A stretch of DNA of 64,000 nt from Geopsychrobacteraceae bacterium (GTDB lineage Bacteria > Desulfobacterota > Desulfuromonadia > Desulfuromonadales > Geopsychrobacteraceae), in NCBI GenBank assembly GCA_963662315.1, contig OY759353.1:2304001-2368000 (forward strand). Direction: 5' to 3'. Of this stretch, positions 37,001-43,910 are shown piece after piece. The first letter of the stretch is position 1. Each line of letters begins with the position of its first letter. Under the pieces are notes generated by a model. It was not told the origin of the DNA. It was given only the letters and a program-made list of their open reading frames with translations, and did not search any database. Both the position numbers and the translations under genes were made by a program.

Positions 37001-40000
37001 TCCTTTGTTTCGCAATTGATCGCGTCATCAGCGACAAAAGGTTGATTCAACGCTATTGTCTGGTCAGCAAATTGCAGATATTCAACTTCATAAATGATGT
37101 CAGTGCCTTCATTCTCACGACTTACTAGCAGCTCTGTTGGTGATTGATTAATGTAACTGATCTCATAATCACTCAGGTTCCCGGCATAAATAGCAGTATC
37201 AGTTCCACTGCCACCAAACAGAACATCATTTCCTGTCCCTCCTGTCAGAGAGTCATCCCCTTCGTCACCATGCAAAAGATCGCCCCCATTACCGCCAAAC
37301 AAATCATCATTACCAATGCCCCCCCAAAGGGAATCAGAATCCTCCTCCCCGTATAAAATATCGTTACCTGCTCCACCTTCAAGCCAATCGCGCCCGTCCC
37401 CTCCATAAAGGAAATCACTCGCTGAAAAAGTTTCATCTTCAGAAATATCAAAATTTTCAAGAGAATATCCATCAGCGTAGCCCACATCAGTATATGTTAA
37501 ATTGAGCTTAAAACTATCTACGTTACTAGTAGAAACCCAAGCTCCGCCAGAAAAGTATCCATCACCAAACAGTGCATCATCGCCAACCCCTCCCCTTAGA
37601 ACATCGCTAGCACCTCCACCGACAATGACATCATTGCCATTTTCTCCCAAGAGAGTATCTTCTCCTCTTTGGCCTGCAATCAAATCACTATCTTCTCCAC
37701 CAAAGATATAATCTTCCCCGCCACTTCCGACTAGATAGTCATTACCCTTTCCGCCGATAATCAAATCACCCTCAAGGTCTCCTGACATCTGAATACCGCT
37801 ATCATTCCAAGTGGCTATATTCCCGCAAATTACATCACTACCATCCCCTCCATCTATGCGGTCATGTTTTTGAAATCCAACAAGGAAATCATTAGAGCCT
37901 TTCCCTTTAATATCCAGACTTGGGGCAACGGCTGGCAAAGGTGAAGTAAAAATATAGGGATCTTCATCGTCTTGACTACCCCCAGAACCATCTGACCAAC
38001 TGCCGCCACTGCCTGTATCTTCTTCGACGGTATAAAACTGGAACTCTGTTGCAAAATAATCTAAACCGGCTTCTTCACTATCCTCAGTACCAATCAATGT
38101 CCAATCAAAAGTTTTTTCTGAGTCGGTGAATTCATCTAAGGACAGGCCAAAATCCCCTGAAGCAAAATTTCTAATTGAAAAACTAATATCCTTACTGAGG
38201 TCATAAACTGTTAAGGTATTGTTACTGGCATCTAAAGAAGCGAAATATTCGCCACTTTTATAGAGAGAGAAATTTTCACTGATTTGAGTCAAGGTTAAAG
38301 AGGGGAGTTGTTCTCCAGCTAGCCAAATAGATCCTTGATGATCTGAGTCATCAATTATATCTCCGTCACCAATGTGGTACTCATCGTTACCAACACCACC
38401 AGCAAGAATATCGATTGCGTTATCTTCTTCAATCTTTTTAGAACTACCATAAATGATATCGTCCCGTTCACTTCCAGAAAGAGTATCGCGTCCGCCTTCC
38501 CCCTCAATTCGCTCAATATTTTTTATCTCCGTACCCGACAAATCAATCGTATCGGCACCATCAGTACCAGCTATAGAGTCATTACCATCACCACCATCGA
38601 TAATTTCTATAGAATTTGCAGCAGAGAATTCATGGACACGGATGGTGTCATTACCAGAGCTGCCAAGGATCTTATCTTCATCTCCGTCCCCACCATCAAA
38701 CGTATCGAAATCAACATCGGTACCTTGAATATAGAAGGTATCATTGCCATCTCCCCCTATCAGGGTATCCTGTCCCTCGCCCCCTTCGAGCCAGTCATCG
38801 CCGCCAAAACCGTTCAGAGTGTCATTGCCGCCCATGCCATAGAGGTGATCTTCTCGATTGCTGGATTCGAATAAACCTTCAGTATCCGAATTTGTTCCGG
38901 ACAAAGTATCAGAGATCTCAGAGCCAAATACGATGCGCCCCTTGCAGGGGGCATGTATGGTATTTTTGATTTCAAAGTCCTCATCAATCCAATGTTTTAC
39001 CGTTGTATATACAGGATCCAAAATTTGCTGAATTTTTATGTACAGCATGTCTGCACGATCTTTCAGATAGCTGTCGCTGTAATCAGCTAGGTGCAGCTCC
39101 TCATGCTCAGCTACCTGTTCCATCAACACATAAGGCTGTAATGCAACCAAAGCGTACAAGGCTGTGCTGTCTCCAGATTTAGCCCATGACACCATGTCGG
39201 CAGCTTTTGCGTGGAAATAATTAATGACCGTATCGCTCGTACCATCTTTCCATTTCACATTGAACCCCGTCGTAAATTTGTCGAGTAAGCGAAACAGAAT
39301 ATCCTCACTAATCTGGTTCCGATTGAATTTGAAAATATTATCCTGATTTCTATTATCATATTCTACGGTGAGTTCAGATTCTTTAGCATTTAATATCCAG
39401 TGGTCATATTCCGCAAGGGTCTTGAAATCCTCGGAACCAAACCATCCCGTTACATACTGCTGCAAAGACTCATGCGACCAATATTCGTCGACATAAGAAG
39501 CATGATCCAGGCGTGTAACGACACTATAGGTATCTGTCTTTGAATCATATGACTGGGATTTTTCGGGGGAGACATAGTAGTCGTATCCTTGCACTGCGTC
39601 GTAGACAAGGGGTGCCGCAACCAGGCCGACAATCACAAAGGTTCCTGCCGCAGCAGTGGCTCCTGTCACACCGATTGCAGCAAGACCACTAGAAATGGCA
39701 GCAGACACTCCAAAACCAGTAGCAACAGTTTCTGTTACAGCTGCAGCAACAAAGGCTTTACCAAAAGCGTAGCCCCATTGCTCCCCCCCCCACGTAACCT
39801 CTGCAAAAGCGGAAAAGGGTATGGTTATGACGTTGCCTGTAGATGTATTCGAGATAATCTTGAGGGCCTTAACCGGCATTGCCCCCATTCCACCGCTAAA
39901 ACTTGCCGGCAGAATCTCATAGATATCGTCTGCTACTGCCACAGCTAAGCCTGCAGCATATTTGTAAACATCCCCCTCGGTATAAGGAATTCCTGCTTTA

Positions 40001-40140
40001 TCTAACGCCTCTTTCATACCCGTAGCAATATCGGCCACAAGTTGCGTATTGTTGTCCTTAATCTGGGTATAAGAACCCTCCGGAGTTATAATCGGTGAAT
40101 CATCGTTATATATTCTTCTTGATCCTAAATCAGTGGCCAT
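25093..40140 (-). CDS. Giant RTX calcium-binding T1SS substrate (~5,015 aa) with cadherin-like/Ig-like repeats
   Basis: Dozens of GGxGxDxLx nonapeptides, FxFxDG hemolysin-type modules, NTAPV...EDGS cadherin-like and DDDGSETL Ig-like repeats; no Sec signal; adjacent to T1SS genes; ATG40140 after GAGGAGG. Confidence 0.95.
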   Translation of the reverse strand: MATDLGSRRIYNDDSPIITPEGSYTQIKDNNTQLVADIATGMKEALDKAGIPYTEGDVYKYAAGLAVAVADDIYEILPASFSGGMGAMPVKALKIISNTSTGNVITIPFSAFAEVTWGGEQWGYAFGKAFVAAAVTETVATGFGVSAAISSGLAAIGVTGATAAAGTFVIVGLVAAPLVYDAVQGYDYYVSPEKSQSYDSKTDTYSVVTRLDHASYVDEYWSHESLQQYVTGWFGSEDFKTLAEYDHWILNAKESELTVEYDNRNQDNIFKFNRNQISEDILFRLLDKFTTGFNVKWKDGTSDTVINYFHAKAADMVSWAKSGDSTALYALVALQPYVLMEQVAEHEELHLADYSDSYLKDRADMLYIKIQQILDPVYTTVKHWIDEDFEIKNTIHAPCKGRIVFGSEISDTLSGTNSDTEGLFESSNREDHLYGMGGNDTLNGFGGDDWLEGGEGQDTLIGGDGNDTFYIQGTDVDFDTFDGGDGDEDKILGSSGNDTIRVHEFSAANSIEIIDGGDGNDSIAGTDGADTIDLSGTEIKNIERIEGEGGRDTLSGSERDDIIYGSSKKIEEDNAIDILAGGVGNDEYHIGDGDIIDDSDHQGSIWLAGEQLPSLTLTQISENFSLYKSGEYFASLDASNNTLTVYDLSKDISFSIRNFASGDFGLSLDEFTDSEKTFDWTLIGTEDSEEAGLDYFATEFQFYTVEEDTGSGGSWSDGSGGSQDDEDPYIFTSPLPAVAPSLDIKGKGSNDFLVGFQKHDRIDGGDGSDVICGNIATWNDSGIQMSGDLEGDLIIGGKGNDYLVGSGGEDYIFGGEDSDLIAGQRGEDTLLGENGNDVIVGGGASDVLRGGVGDDALFGDGYFSGGAWVSTSNVDSFKLNLTYTDVGYADGYSLENFDISEDETFSASDFLYGGDGRDWLEGGAGNDILYGEEDSDSLWGGIGNDDLFGGNGGDLLHGDEGDDSLTGGTGNDVLFGGSGTDTAIYAGNLSDYEISYINQSPTELLVSRENEGTDIIYEVEYLQFADQTIALNQPFVADDAINCETKEDTAIVLTVDELLANVSVDPWNELQIEVSNTIDNGSFVAIDSESYQFTPNENFSGMAEVNYRIIDELGREIENTVKINVLPVADSPELSVGDTDGTEDSAIALNISSRLMDDDGSETLKVTIAGVPNGATLSAGTYLGNGRWRLSRNQLSNLTITPAKNSDENIDLVVTAESVESDNSVAQLIKNIHVEVNGLADKPILTVADVSGRIAAAVPINIEAALSDNDGSETLQIIISDVPDGTVFSAGNKSYDGSWILHSDDLPGLMISASKKEFSLTVIARSTENNGDINEVSSVLNVSLQGYADAPYVEVTDIVSDPNKVIPLQIESSLIDDDGTESLSLIISGLPEGATLSAGADNGDGSWTLTAEDLSALTLIPPADFSGNIELSITAKSTGIDGSTAESSASFYVAIGIDVDDHLYGDEGDDALFGRVGDDSLYGGAGNDHLYGGSGNDHLYGDDGDDHLYGGAGNDLLMGKEGDDSYYFEKGFGQDRIIDPDGGVTIIFGADIAPGDVTIRRNTNNLLIGITDTLDLLTIENVFCDLTDPEFLWLVDRCRVDQVEFADGTVWDFNTLESKANTPTVGDDFLVGTYGHDNVQGSAGDDVLFGIKGNDQLYGNEGADSLNGGEGDDILNGGDGDDTLSGGTGNDTYYFEKGFGQDRIFDYEGSNVISFGEEITPDSLEFSRGLDDGRDLVITVAGTDDQLTITQLFSHLENSVGQVQFVDGTVWDFNTLMAKANMPTNADDDLTGTNGDDNIHGLGGDDTIDGRNGNDDLSGGDGDDTLYGEDGDDTLNGGQGNDRLYGGEGNDSLSGNEGDDRLEGQWGDDTYVIGPDLGQDTIYDVWGDNDTLFFAEGITPADVDVCRSGTDSLLLRIGSNGDQVLIEKYFDNLRTIENFEFADGTSWDQQKIKELFTASTIGSSEDDELEGDASKDNLLFGLDGDDTLTAGVYDDVLDGGEGNDTLNWSGGDDTLLGGNGNDEFLYNRLNRGLFGDDSDVTIIGGPGDDDISGSFGDTTYEYSLGDGTDRIFDFYGSDVLKFSEGITPDDVRLSMIDTALVISLPDERDKITISCWAGGYLSVYHDAKQNKTYYTEDTFAVEKIEFADGTTWDYDTILSLTGGVIYGTEGDDSLQTTGSSHHLRGQGGNDILTGGDSADILDGGVGIDTVLYRNSPSGVQVDLSTGVGLGGNAEGDTLVSVENVWGSDFSDTLSGNDKDNKLMGESGDDALFGGEGNDYLHGGSGANLLAGGVGDDIYYVDSNDDVIIEAADSGTDQIISYYYGDYVLPENVENLKQYNGSNAIGNNLNNVLEGSNDDNVLYGLGGDDTLIGGIGNDTLIGGAGNDIYVYNSHNGVDTIDASGGGIDTLLITNIPPTSLSYLRSGDDLIIKELQTGSELHQVVINNWFLGSAYQLSSVEIVGERIITAAEINDLFNYSPNVVDVPDDYTFITGTDADEEIHGNASENMIRGMSGDDQLYGLDGDDTLFGGEGNDYLNGGAGSDFLYGGNGNDTYVFNLGDGQDTIYLDDIDGIDTLLFGAGIDLAALTISKDGDNLIVKVGNGGDQVTFKNWYIQNHDFLRTDRFQFVDGMTLTAEELFIRCELTIAGTDMDDSLVGGADNELLLGLEGDDVLFGHDGADKLVGGAGNDELYGGVGDDTFVFNLGDGQDIIYLDDADGTDTLAFGEGITQSDLILEKSSNNLVIKVGDTGDQLTFNYWFSPSYVTKRTDQFSFADGTILSADELLAQNPVNSIGTDVNDSLSGYEGVDVMFGGAGNDTLQGGDGNDRLIGGTGSDTLYGGAGDDTFVFNLGEGQDTIYLDDADGTDTLAFGEGITQSDLILEKSSNNLVIKVGDTGDQLTFNYWFSPSYVTKRIDQFSFADGTVLTAQELLQSLDINTAPVASGPVALGEMNEDGSITVTRDQLIANISDWDGDLLTVESVSSGYGSIVSSGEGEWTFTPAANRNGAAIINFRVTDGEAYLSSSASINITPVNDAPSAGGSTSFGGVQLGNTLTITREDLLRNATDVDGDTLSVFDVQVDKGTLTDNGDGTWTYAGDSDSLGLVSVSYQITDGHESVHSTGSLFVSNGLNVVMGNDSNNYLQGTSDSDQIVGLAGNDTLYGYAGNDTLEGGAGGDTLQGGDGNDRLIGGTGSDTLYGGAGDDSFVFNLGDGQDTIYLDDASGTNSLAFGEGISSSNLTLSRIANNLVIHIGDNTDQITLNNWFHPSYAAYQLDQFTFFDGKTLSKEELFGQLPIYGTDGNDSISGDSDANHFIGGLGNDSLYGYAGNDILMGGAGNDTLQGGDGNDRLIGGTGSDTLYGGAGDDSFVFNLGDGQDTIYLDDADGTDTLAFGEGIAQSDLILEKSSNNLVIKVGDTGDQLTFNYWFSPSYVTKRIDQFSFADGTVLTAQELLQSLDINTAPVASGPVALGEMNEDGSITVTRDQLIANISDWDGDLLTVESVSSGYGSIVSSGEGEWTFTPAANRNGAAIINFRVTDGEAYLSSSASINITPVNDAPSAGGSTSFGGVQLGNTLTITREDLLRNATDVDGDTLSVFDVQVDKGTLTNNGDGTWTYAGDSDSLGLVSVSYQITDGQESVHSTGSLFVSNGLNVVMGNDSNNYLQGTSDSDQIVGLAGNDTLYGYAGNDILEGGAGDDTLQGGDGNDRLIGGTGSDTLYGGAGDDSFVFNLGDGQDTIYLDDAAGANSLAFGEGISSSNLTLSRIANNLVIHIGDNTDQITLNNWFHPSYAAYQLDQFTFFDGKTLSKEELFGQLPIYGTDGNDSISGDSDANHFIGGLGNDSLYGYAGNDILVGGEGNDTLQGGDGNDRLIGGTGSDTLYSGAGDDTFVFNLGDGQDTIYLDDADGTDTLAFGEGITQSDLTLEKSSNNLVIKVGDTGDQLTFNYWFHPSYVTKRTGQFKFSDGTILTTEEFLVRYPVNSSGTDANNSLTGYEGVDVMLGRAGNDTLYGYAGNDILDGDEGDDSLQGGDGNDRLIGGTGSDTLYGGAGDDSFVFNIGDGQDTIYLDDVDGIDSLAFGEGITQSDLIVEKSSNNLVIKVGDTGDQLTFNYWFHPSYVTKRTDQFSFADGTVLTAQELLQSLDINTAPVASGPVALGEMNEDGSITITRDQLIANISDWDGDLLTVESVSSGYGTIVSSGEGEWTFTPAANRNGAAIINFRVTDGEAYLSSSASINIVPVNDTPSSGNSTNLGGLLIGDTITITADQLLANATDVDGDTLSVFDVQVDKGILTDNGDGTWTYIGDSDSLGLVSVSYQITDGQESTSGSGSLFVSNGLNAVMGSENNDSLQGSSVPDQIVGLAGNDTLYGYAGNDVLEGGIGADTLQGGDGNDILLGGTGNDSLSGGAGDDTFVFNLGDGQDTIQLDTTEGVDTLSFGADISLEDLRLEKSGNDLLMKIGSDGDQIKLSLWFHSSYSNYRLDQFSFADGTVLSRDELLAQLPIYGTDANDSISGDASDNHYIGGLGNDTLYGNDGNDLLEGGVGTDTLQGGNGNDFVIGGVGNDNLYGGAGDDTFRFNMGDGQDVIGVDDIDGLDTLSFGEGIVISDLTLEKSGNDLLMKIGSDGDQIKLSLWFHSSYSNYRLDQFSFADGTVLSRDELLAQLPIYGTDANDSISGDASDNHYIGGLGNDTLYGNDGNDLLEGGVGTDTLQGGNGNDFVIGGVGNDNLYGGAGDDTFRFNMGDGQDVIGVDDIDGLDTLSFGEGIVISDLTLEKSGNDLLMKIGSDGDQIKLSLWFHSSYSNYRLDQFSFADGTVLSRDELLAQLPIYGTDANDSFSGDDAANHYIGGLGNDSLYGNAGNDVLEGGAGVDTLQGGDGNDQLIGGVGNDRLYGGAGDDSYLFNLGDGQDTVSDTSGTETVQFGEDVTSDSIALFKNGSTLQIGYGIDDQITLSNYSDSTTGNRIEEIILNDGNSMTAADINQIIQDMSAYATTAGISMDSLDDVRNNEELMAIVASGWQAA
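25652..26815. repeat. Near-identical 486-bp (162-aa) tandem repeat, ~2.4 units, inside the RTX gene
   Basis: CTGTCATTGGCATCGGTACC recurs at 25652, 26138 and 26624; identical shadow ORFs are offset by 486. Confidence 0.95.
28281..31700. repeat. Near-identical 1,560-bp (520-aa) tandem repeat, ~2.2 units, inside the RTX gene; further partial copy at ~27180-28080
   Basis: Sequence lines 1,560 apart are almost identical; identical shadow ORFs at 28648/30208 and 29339/30899. Confidence 0.95.
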
Positions 40141-41380
40141 CAAACCCCTCCTCTAATAAATCAATCTCATTGTGAAAACCGCTTTTCAGACTTTCAACTA
40201 ACCTTTTTTTCATCCATTTTTTATCTCTATACTCATAAAAACGCTCCTCTCCCGGAACCTCAATCGCACAGTAATGATTAAGCATATATTTACTGAAGCT
40301 GACCGATTCGGCATCGATCGCCATGGTGTAGAACAGCTCTGCTTGTTTGGGATCCTGCTTATAGAGGGTGCCCCAGACATAATCGTCCGCCTCGGGATTG
40401 GTAAAATCTCGCCGTGCTCGGAGAAAATCGGCAATGCGCGAATGTTGACAGCTAAATTCTTTCGGATACAGTGATGCCGTCAGTAATTCACTGCTGGTAT
40501 GGATAACCAGCAGCTGGCGAGTCAATTCGATCTTTGGGTTCGAGCGCTTGATCTCATCGTAGATGCCACCAGCGATCCAGTGTTGGCGCAATGCCACCAA
40601 CCAGCGGTTCATCTTTTCTTCTTTCCTGACAAACTCCACATCGTGCAACAACGGCCAGTAGGAGCCAATTTCTTTATCAGCGTAATAACCCCAATTAAGG
40701 GAATAGTAGAAGGCTGCCCGCGGCAGTTTTTTGGAGGCTTCCTGCTCTATTTGCCCATCGGCAAAGGGGTGGGTCGCCACTATCTCGATCGTGGCGTAAA
40801 TGTCATCCAGCAACTGGCGCATGGGCAGGGATGCCCGCCGATGACTGGTGCCGTACGGGTTATGCATGCGCCTGATATAGGGATAGTGAAACCACATATC
40901 CTTCCAGGCTGCGTGTTCTCCATCATTCTCAGGGAGCAGGGCGGTACCGCGCGCATAAATGGAGCGCTGCAAGGCGTTTAAAGGCATCAACAGGCGATTT
41001 TCCGGATTGAATATTTCACACAGACCGATCCGTACCAAAGCTAAGGGTTGACCGGCGATGTAGTACTCCTTGGCCGCATAGTTGGCATTATTATCCCCCA
41101 TCCAGGTCAGGCGTTGATGCAGATAGAAGCCACCCATCAACAGTACGATCAGCCCCAATCCCACCACAAAGCGGCGACGCTTTTCAGGTGTCACAAACCA
41201 CAACAAAGGCCAGGGCTGCCTGACCTGCTTATTGATTATCCTTTTTACCCGCTCCCGTAATCGCTGAAGAATCGGCAGCAGCAGACACAAGCACAGGTAA
41301 TAGCCACAGACCAGCAGCATGGATAAGAGCAGATAAAACAGTCCGGCAAAAATATGCAGTCCACCAATGTGCATCAGCAA
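40130..41380 (-). CDS. Uncharacterised membrane-anchored protein (two N-terminal TM segments), overlapping the RTX start
   Basis: 416-aa ORF with two hydrophobic segments separated by a basic loop, then a large soluble domain. Its stop (40130-40132) lies inside the RTX 5' end. Confidence 0.8.
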   Translation of the reverse strand: MLMHIGGLHIFAGLFYLLLSMLLVCGYYLCLCLLLPILQRLRERVKRIINKQVRQPWPLLWFVTPEKRRRFVVGLGLIVLLMGGFYLHQRLTWMGDNNANYAAKEYYIAGQPLALVRIGLCEIFNPENRLLMPLNALQRSIYARGTALLPENDGEHAAWKDMWFHYPYIRRMHNPYGTSHRRASLPMRQLLDDIYATIEIVATHPFADGQIEQEASKKLPRAAFYYSLNWGYYADKEIGSYWPLLHDVEFVRKEEKMNRWLVALRQHWIAGGIYDEIKRSNPKIELTRQLLVIHTSSELLTASLYPKEFSCQHSRIADFLRARRDFTNPEADDYVWGTLYKQDPKQAELFYTMAIDAESVSFSKYMLNHYCAIEVPGEERFYEYRDKKWMKKRLVESLKSGFHNEIDLLEEGFDGH

Positions 41381-41921
41381 TAACCCTTCTCAAACAAAAA
41401 CAGCCCGCCTCCGATCAACAGGACTCTCCCTGCCACCGAAAACGAGCCGTTATTATTCACATATCTTCCCACGGGTCCCCCTCCCGGAATCATTCAAAAC
41501 AGATCAGTCAATACAATATAAACATCACACAGTTAGCGTAGTATTTATCATTCCTATGCGCCCGAAAAATTATTCTAATATATCAAGCAAATCAAGCAGA
41601 ATAGAAATGGTGCCATCTTTTCATTTCCCTCTTTTCTTCTGATTTATGTCCTCACCTCAGATGAAAATGAATAGACTATACTGCCTATGTCTGACAAAAA
41701 TCATATCTGTTGGAAATAATCGCCAAGGATGTTTCTAATGGCATGTTTCAGCGGACTTTCGCAGGTTTTTCCGAGCATCTCTGGTCATTGTTGATGTCCC
41801 CCTCTCTGCTAGATCAGTTAAGGCAGCTCCATTTTATTAAATATGTAGAAGCGCCCCCTATGCTCTCCGCGGTTTTCCAAGAACTGGGCTGTAAGTATCG
41901 GTTGAAGTCAGACAACAGAAA

Positions 41922-41949
41922 GCCCCGTTATTAGTAATAATAACGGGGC
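41922..41949 (-). terminator. Hairpin/terminator downstream of the AT-rich lipoprotein gene
   Basis: GCCCCGTTATTA-GTAA-TAATAACGGGGC perfect 12-bp stem, followed by TTTCTGTT on the minus strand. Confidence 0.7.
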
Positions 41950-41981
41950 CTGACCTTAAACAATAATAGGGTGCTACAGAA

Positions 41982-42539
41982 TCAGTCGTTCACTGTAACA
42001 TTTTGAGCACAGATAATTTTCATATCATGAATAAACTTATCAACACTTTCTTTATTTTTTTTCTTAAATTCATCAACAGAAGAAACATAGCCAAGTTGTT
42101 TATATGTAATTATTTTTACTATTTCAGAAAATCCGGAATACCTAAAAGAAATACCCCTTAGATAAGAAATAAGATTTTCCTCATAAAAATCTACTGTACA
42201 AAAATTATTTTTATCTTCATCAAAATAAATATTTTCATTAAATTGAGAGCTATCAGTTCCAGTGAATCCGTAGCTACCATGGAAAATTTTATCTTTTATC
42301 AAGAGAATAGTTATCTTATTATCTTCAGAATAAAGATTCCTGCTAACACTTGAATAGACATCATTAAAATCAAAATCTTGGCCGACATACTTTACTGAGA
42401 ATGGAAACTTTATCTTGAGTCTTGGGAAGTCCGAATCTGTATAGGTATTATCATTAAGCGTCGGTTCTTTTATCTTAAGAGCCGAACACGAGCTTAACAA
42501 TAACAGCAATAATATAATCAAATAATGACAAATTTTCAT
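41982..42539 (-). CDS. AT-rich hypothetical lipoprotein
   Basis: MKICHYLIILLLLLLSS-C lipobox, GGGGG upstream of the ATG, 185-aa open frame in very AT-rich DNA. Confidence 0.7.
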   Translation of the reverse strand: MKICHYLIILLLLLLSSCSALKIKEPTLNDNTYTDSDFPRLKIKFPFSVKYVGQDFDFNDVYSSVSRNLYSEDNKITILLIKDKIFHGSYGFTGTDSSQFNENIYFDEDKNNFCTVDFYEENLISYLRGISFRYSGFSEIVKIITYKQLGYVSSVDEFKKKNKESVDKFIHDMKIICAQNVTVND

Positions 42540-43098
42540 TAAAACCCCCTTAAAATAAATGATGAAAATTCATTCCATTAAAATAATTTCTTGAACGATA
42601 ATGAAACTAGGTCATTTAACAGCTTATTTTTTGCGCGTAGATAGTCCATGAGGACAGGAAAAAGGCTGTTATATTCTCAATATATGCAGCTAACAAGCTC
42701 CAACCGGCACTAAATTAAAAATAATCCCTCATTGAAACAACCAGCAACCTAATACTTGCTAAAGGCTCTGTCTATAATTATTTTCCATAAATAGTAAAAA
42801 ATATCAGTGCCGTAATAGGTCCCTAGCAGCATCATTTGTGGTCTGATCAATCATCGCCTGGCAAAAATCAGAGTTCTCCCAACTTGGCATGCCCGCTAAT
42901 TCAATGTTATCGCAGCTTTTTTCAGCGGAGTTAATAAAACATTTCTTAAATATGCCGATTTTTGTCCAGAGGATCACACAATGTCGGCTCGTAAATTCCT
43001 GTTTTGCATGAGGCATAAAAGTAAAATGCAAACAGGATGAAAAGACGCTATGATATCGCTATTTTCACACAAGAACAAATAAACACAGGAGGGAAATA

Positions 43099-43890
43099 AT
43101 GACGTGTCACGAGGTTGATTACACTATTATCGGCAACGACATGCAGATGGTTCAGGTTGAACTGGATCCACGGGAAACGGTTATAGCTGAAGCTGGAGCC
43201 ATGACTTACATGGAAGAAGACATCTCCTTTGAGGCGCGGATGGGGGATGGGTCGGAAGCCGACAGCGGCCTGTTCGGTAAATTACTGGGGGCCGGAAAGC
43301 GGGCCTTGACCGGTGAATCAATTTTTATGACCCATTTTACCAACCAGGGGACGGGTAAAGCCCATGTTGCCTTTGCCGCCCCCTACCCCGGTCAGATCAT
43401 TCCCATTGATATGGCGACCATCCCAAGTCGGGAAGTTCTGTGTCAGAAGGATGCCTTCTTGTGTGCCGCTTACGGCACCAAGGTCGGCATTGCCTTTCAG
43501 CGCCGCCTGGGCACCGGTTTCTTCGGTGGTGAAGGTTTTATCCTCCAGCGGCTTAATGGTGATGGCCTGGCCTTTATTCATGCTGGGGGGTCGATTATTG
43601 AGCGAGAACTCAAGGGGGAAACCTTGCGGGTTGATACCGGTTGTCTGGTCGCTTTTGAGTCAGGTATCGATTATAACATCGAGCGTGCCGGGAACCTGAA
43701 AAGCATGTTCTTTGGTGGTGAAGGATTATTCCTGGCAACCCTGCGTGGTCGGGGCAAGGTATGGTTGCAGACACTGCCGTTCAGCCGTCTCGCTGATAGG
43801 GTTATTCAACATGCTCCGCGGGTTGGTGGTAGTGATAAGGGGGAAGGTTCGCTGCTTGGCGGTATTGGGCGGATGTTCGACGGAAATTGA
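43099..43890 (+). CDS. TIGR00266/AIM24-family protein
   Basis: [48 protein letters not shown]. Confidence 0.92.
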   Translation: MTCHEVDYTIIGNDMQMVQVELDPRETVIAEAGAMTYMEEDISFEARMGDGSEADSGLFGKLLGAGKRALTGESIFMTHFTNQGTGKAHVAFAAPYPGQIIPIDMATIPSREVLCQKDAFLCAAYGTKVGIAFQRRLGTGFFGGEGFILQRLNGDGLAFIHAGGSIIERELKGETLRVDTGCLVAFESGIDYNIERAGNLKSMFFGGEGLFLATLRGRGKVWLQTLPFSRLADRVIQHAPRVGGSDKGEGSLLGGIGRMFDGN

Positions 43891-43910
43891 TGCCTGTTTC
43901 ATTGCTCTTA

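Noticed and set aside
41880..41960. Possible attachment site or tRNA remnant at the island edge
   Set aside because: No tRNA fold, direct repeat or integrase seen; explained as a terminator.
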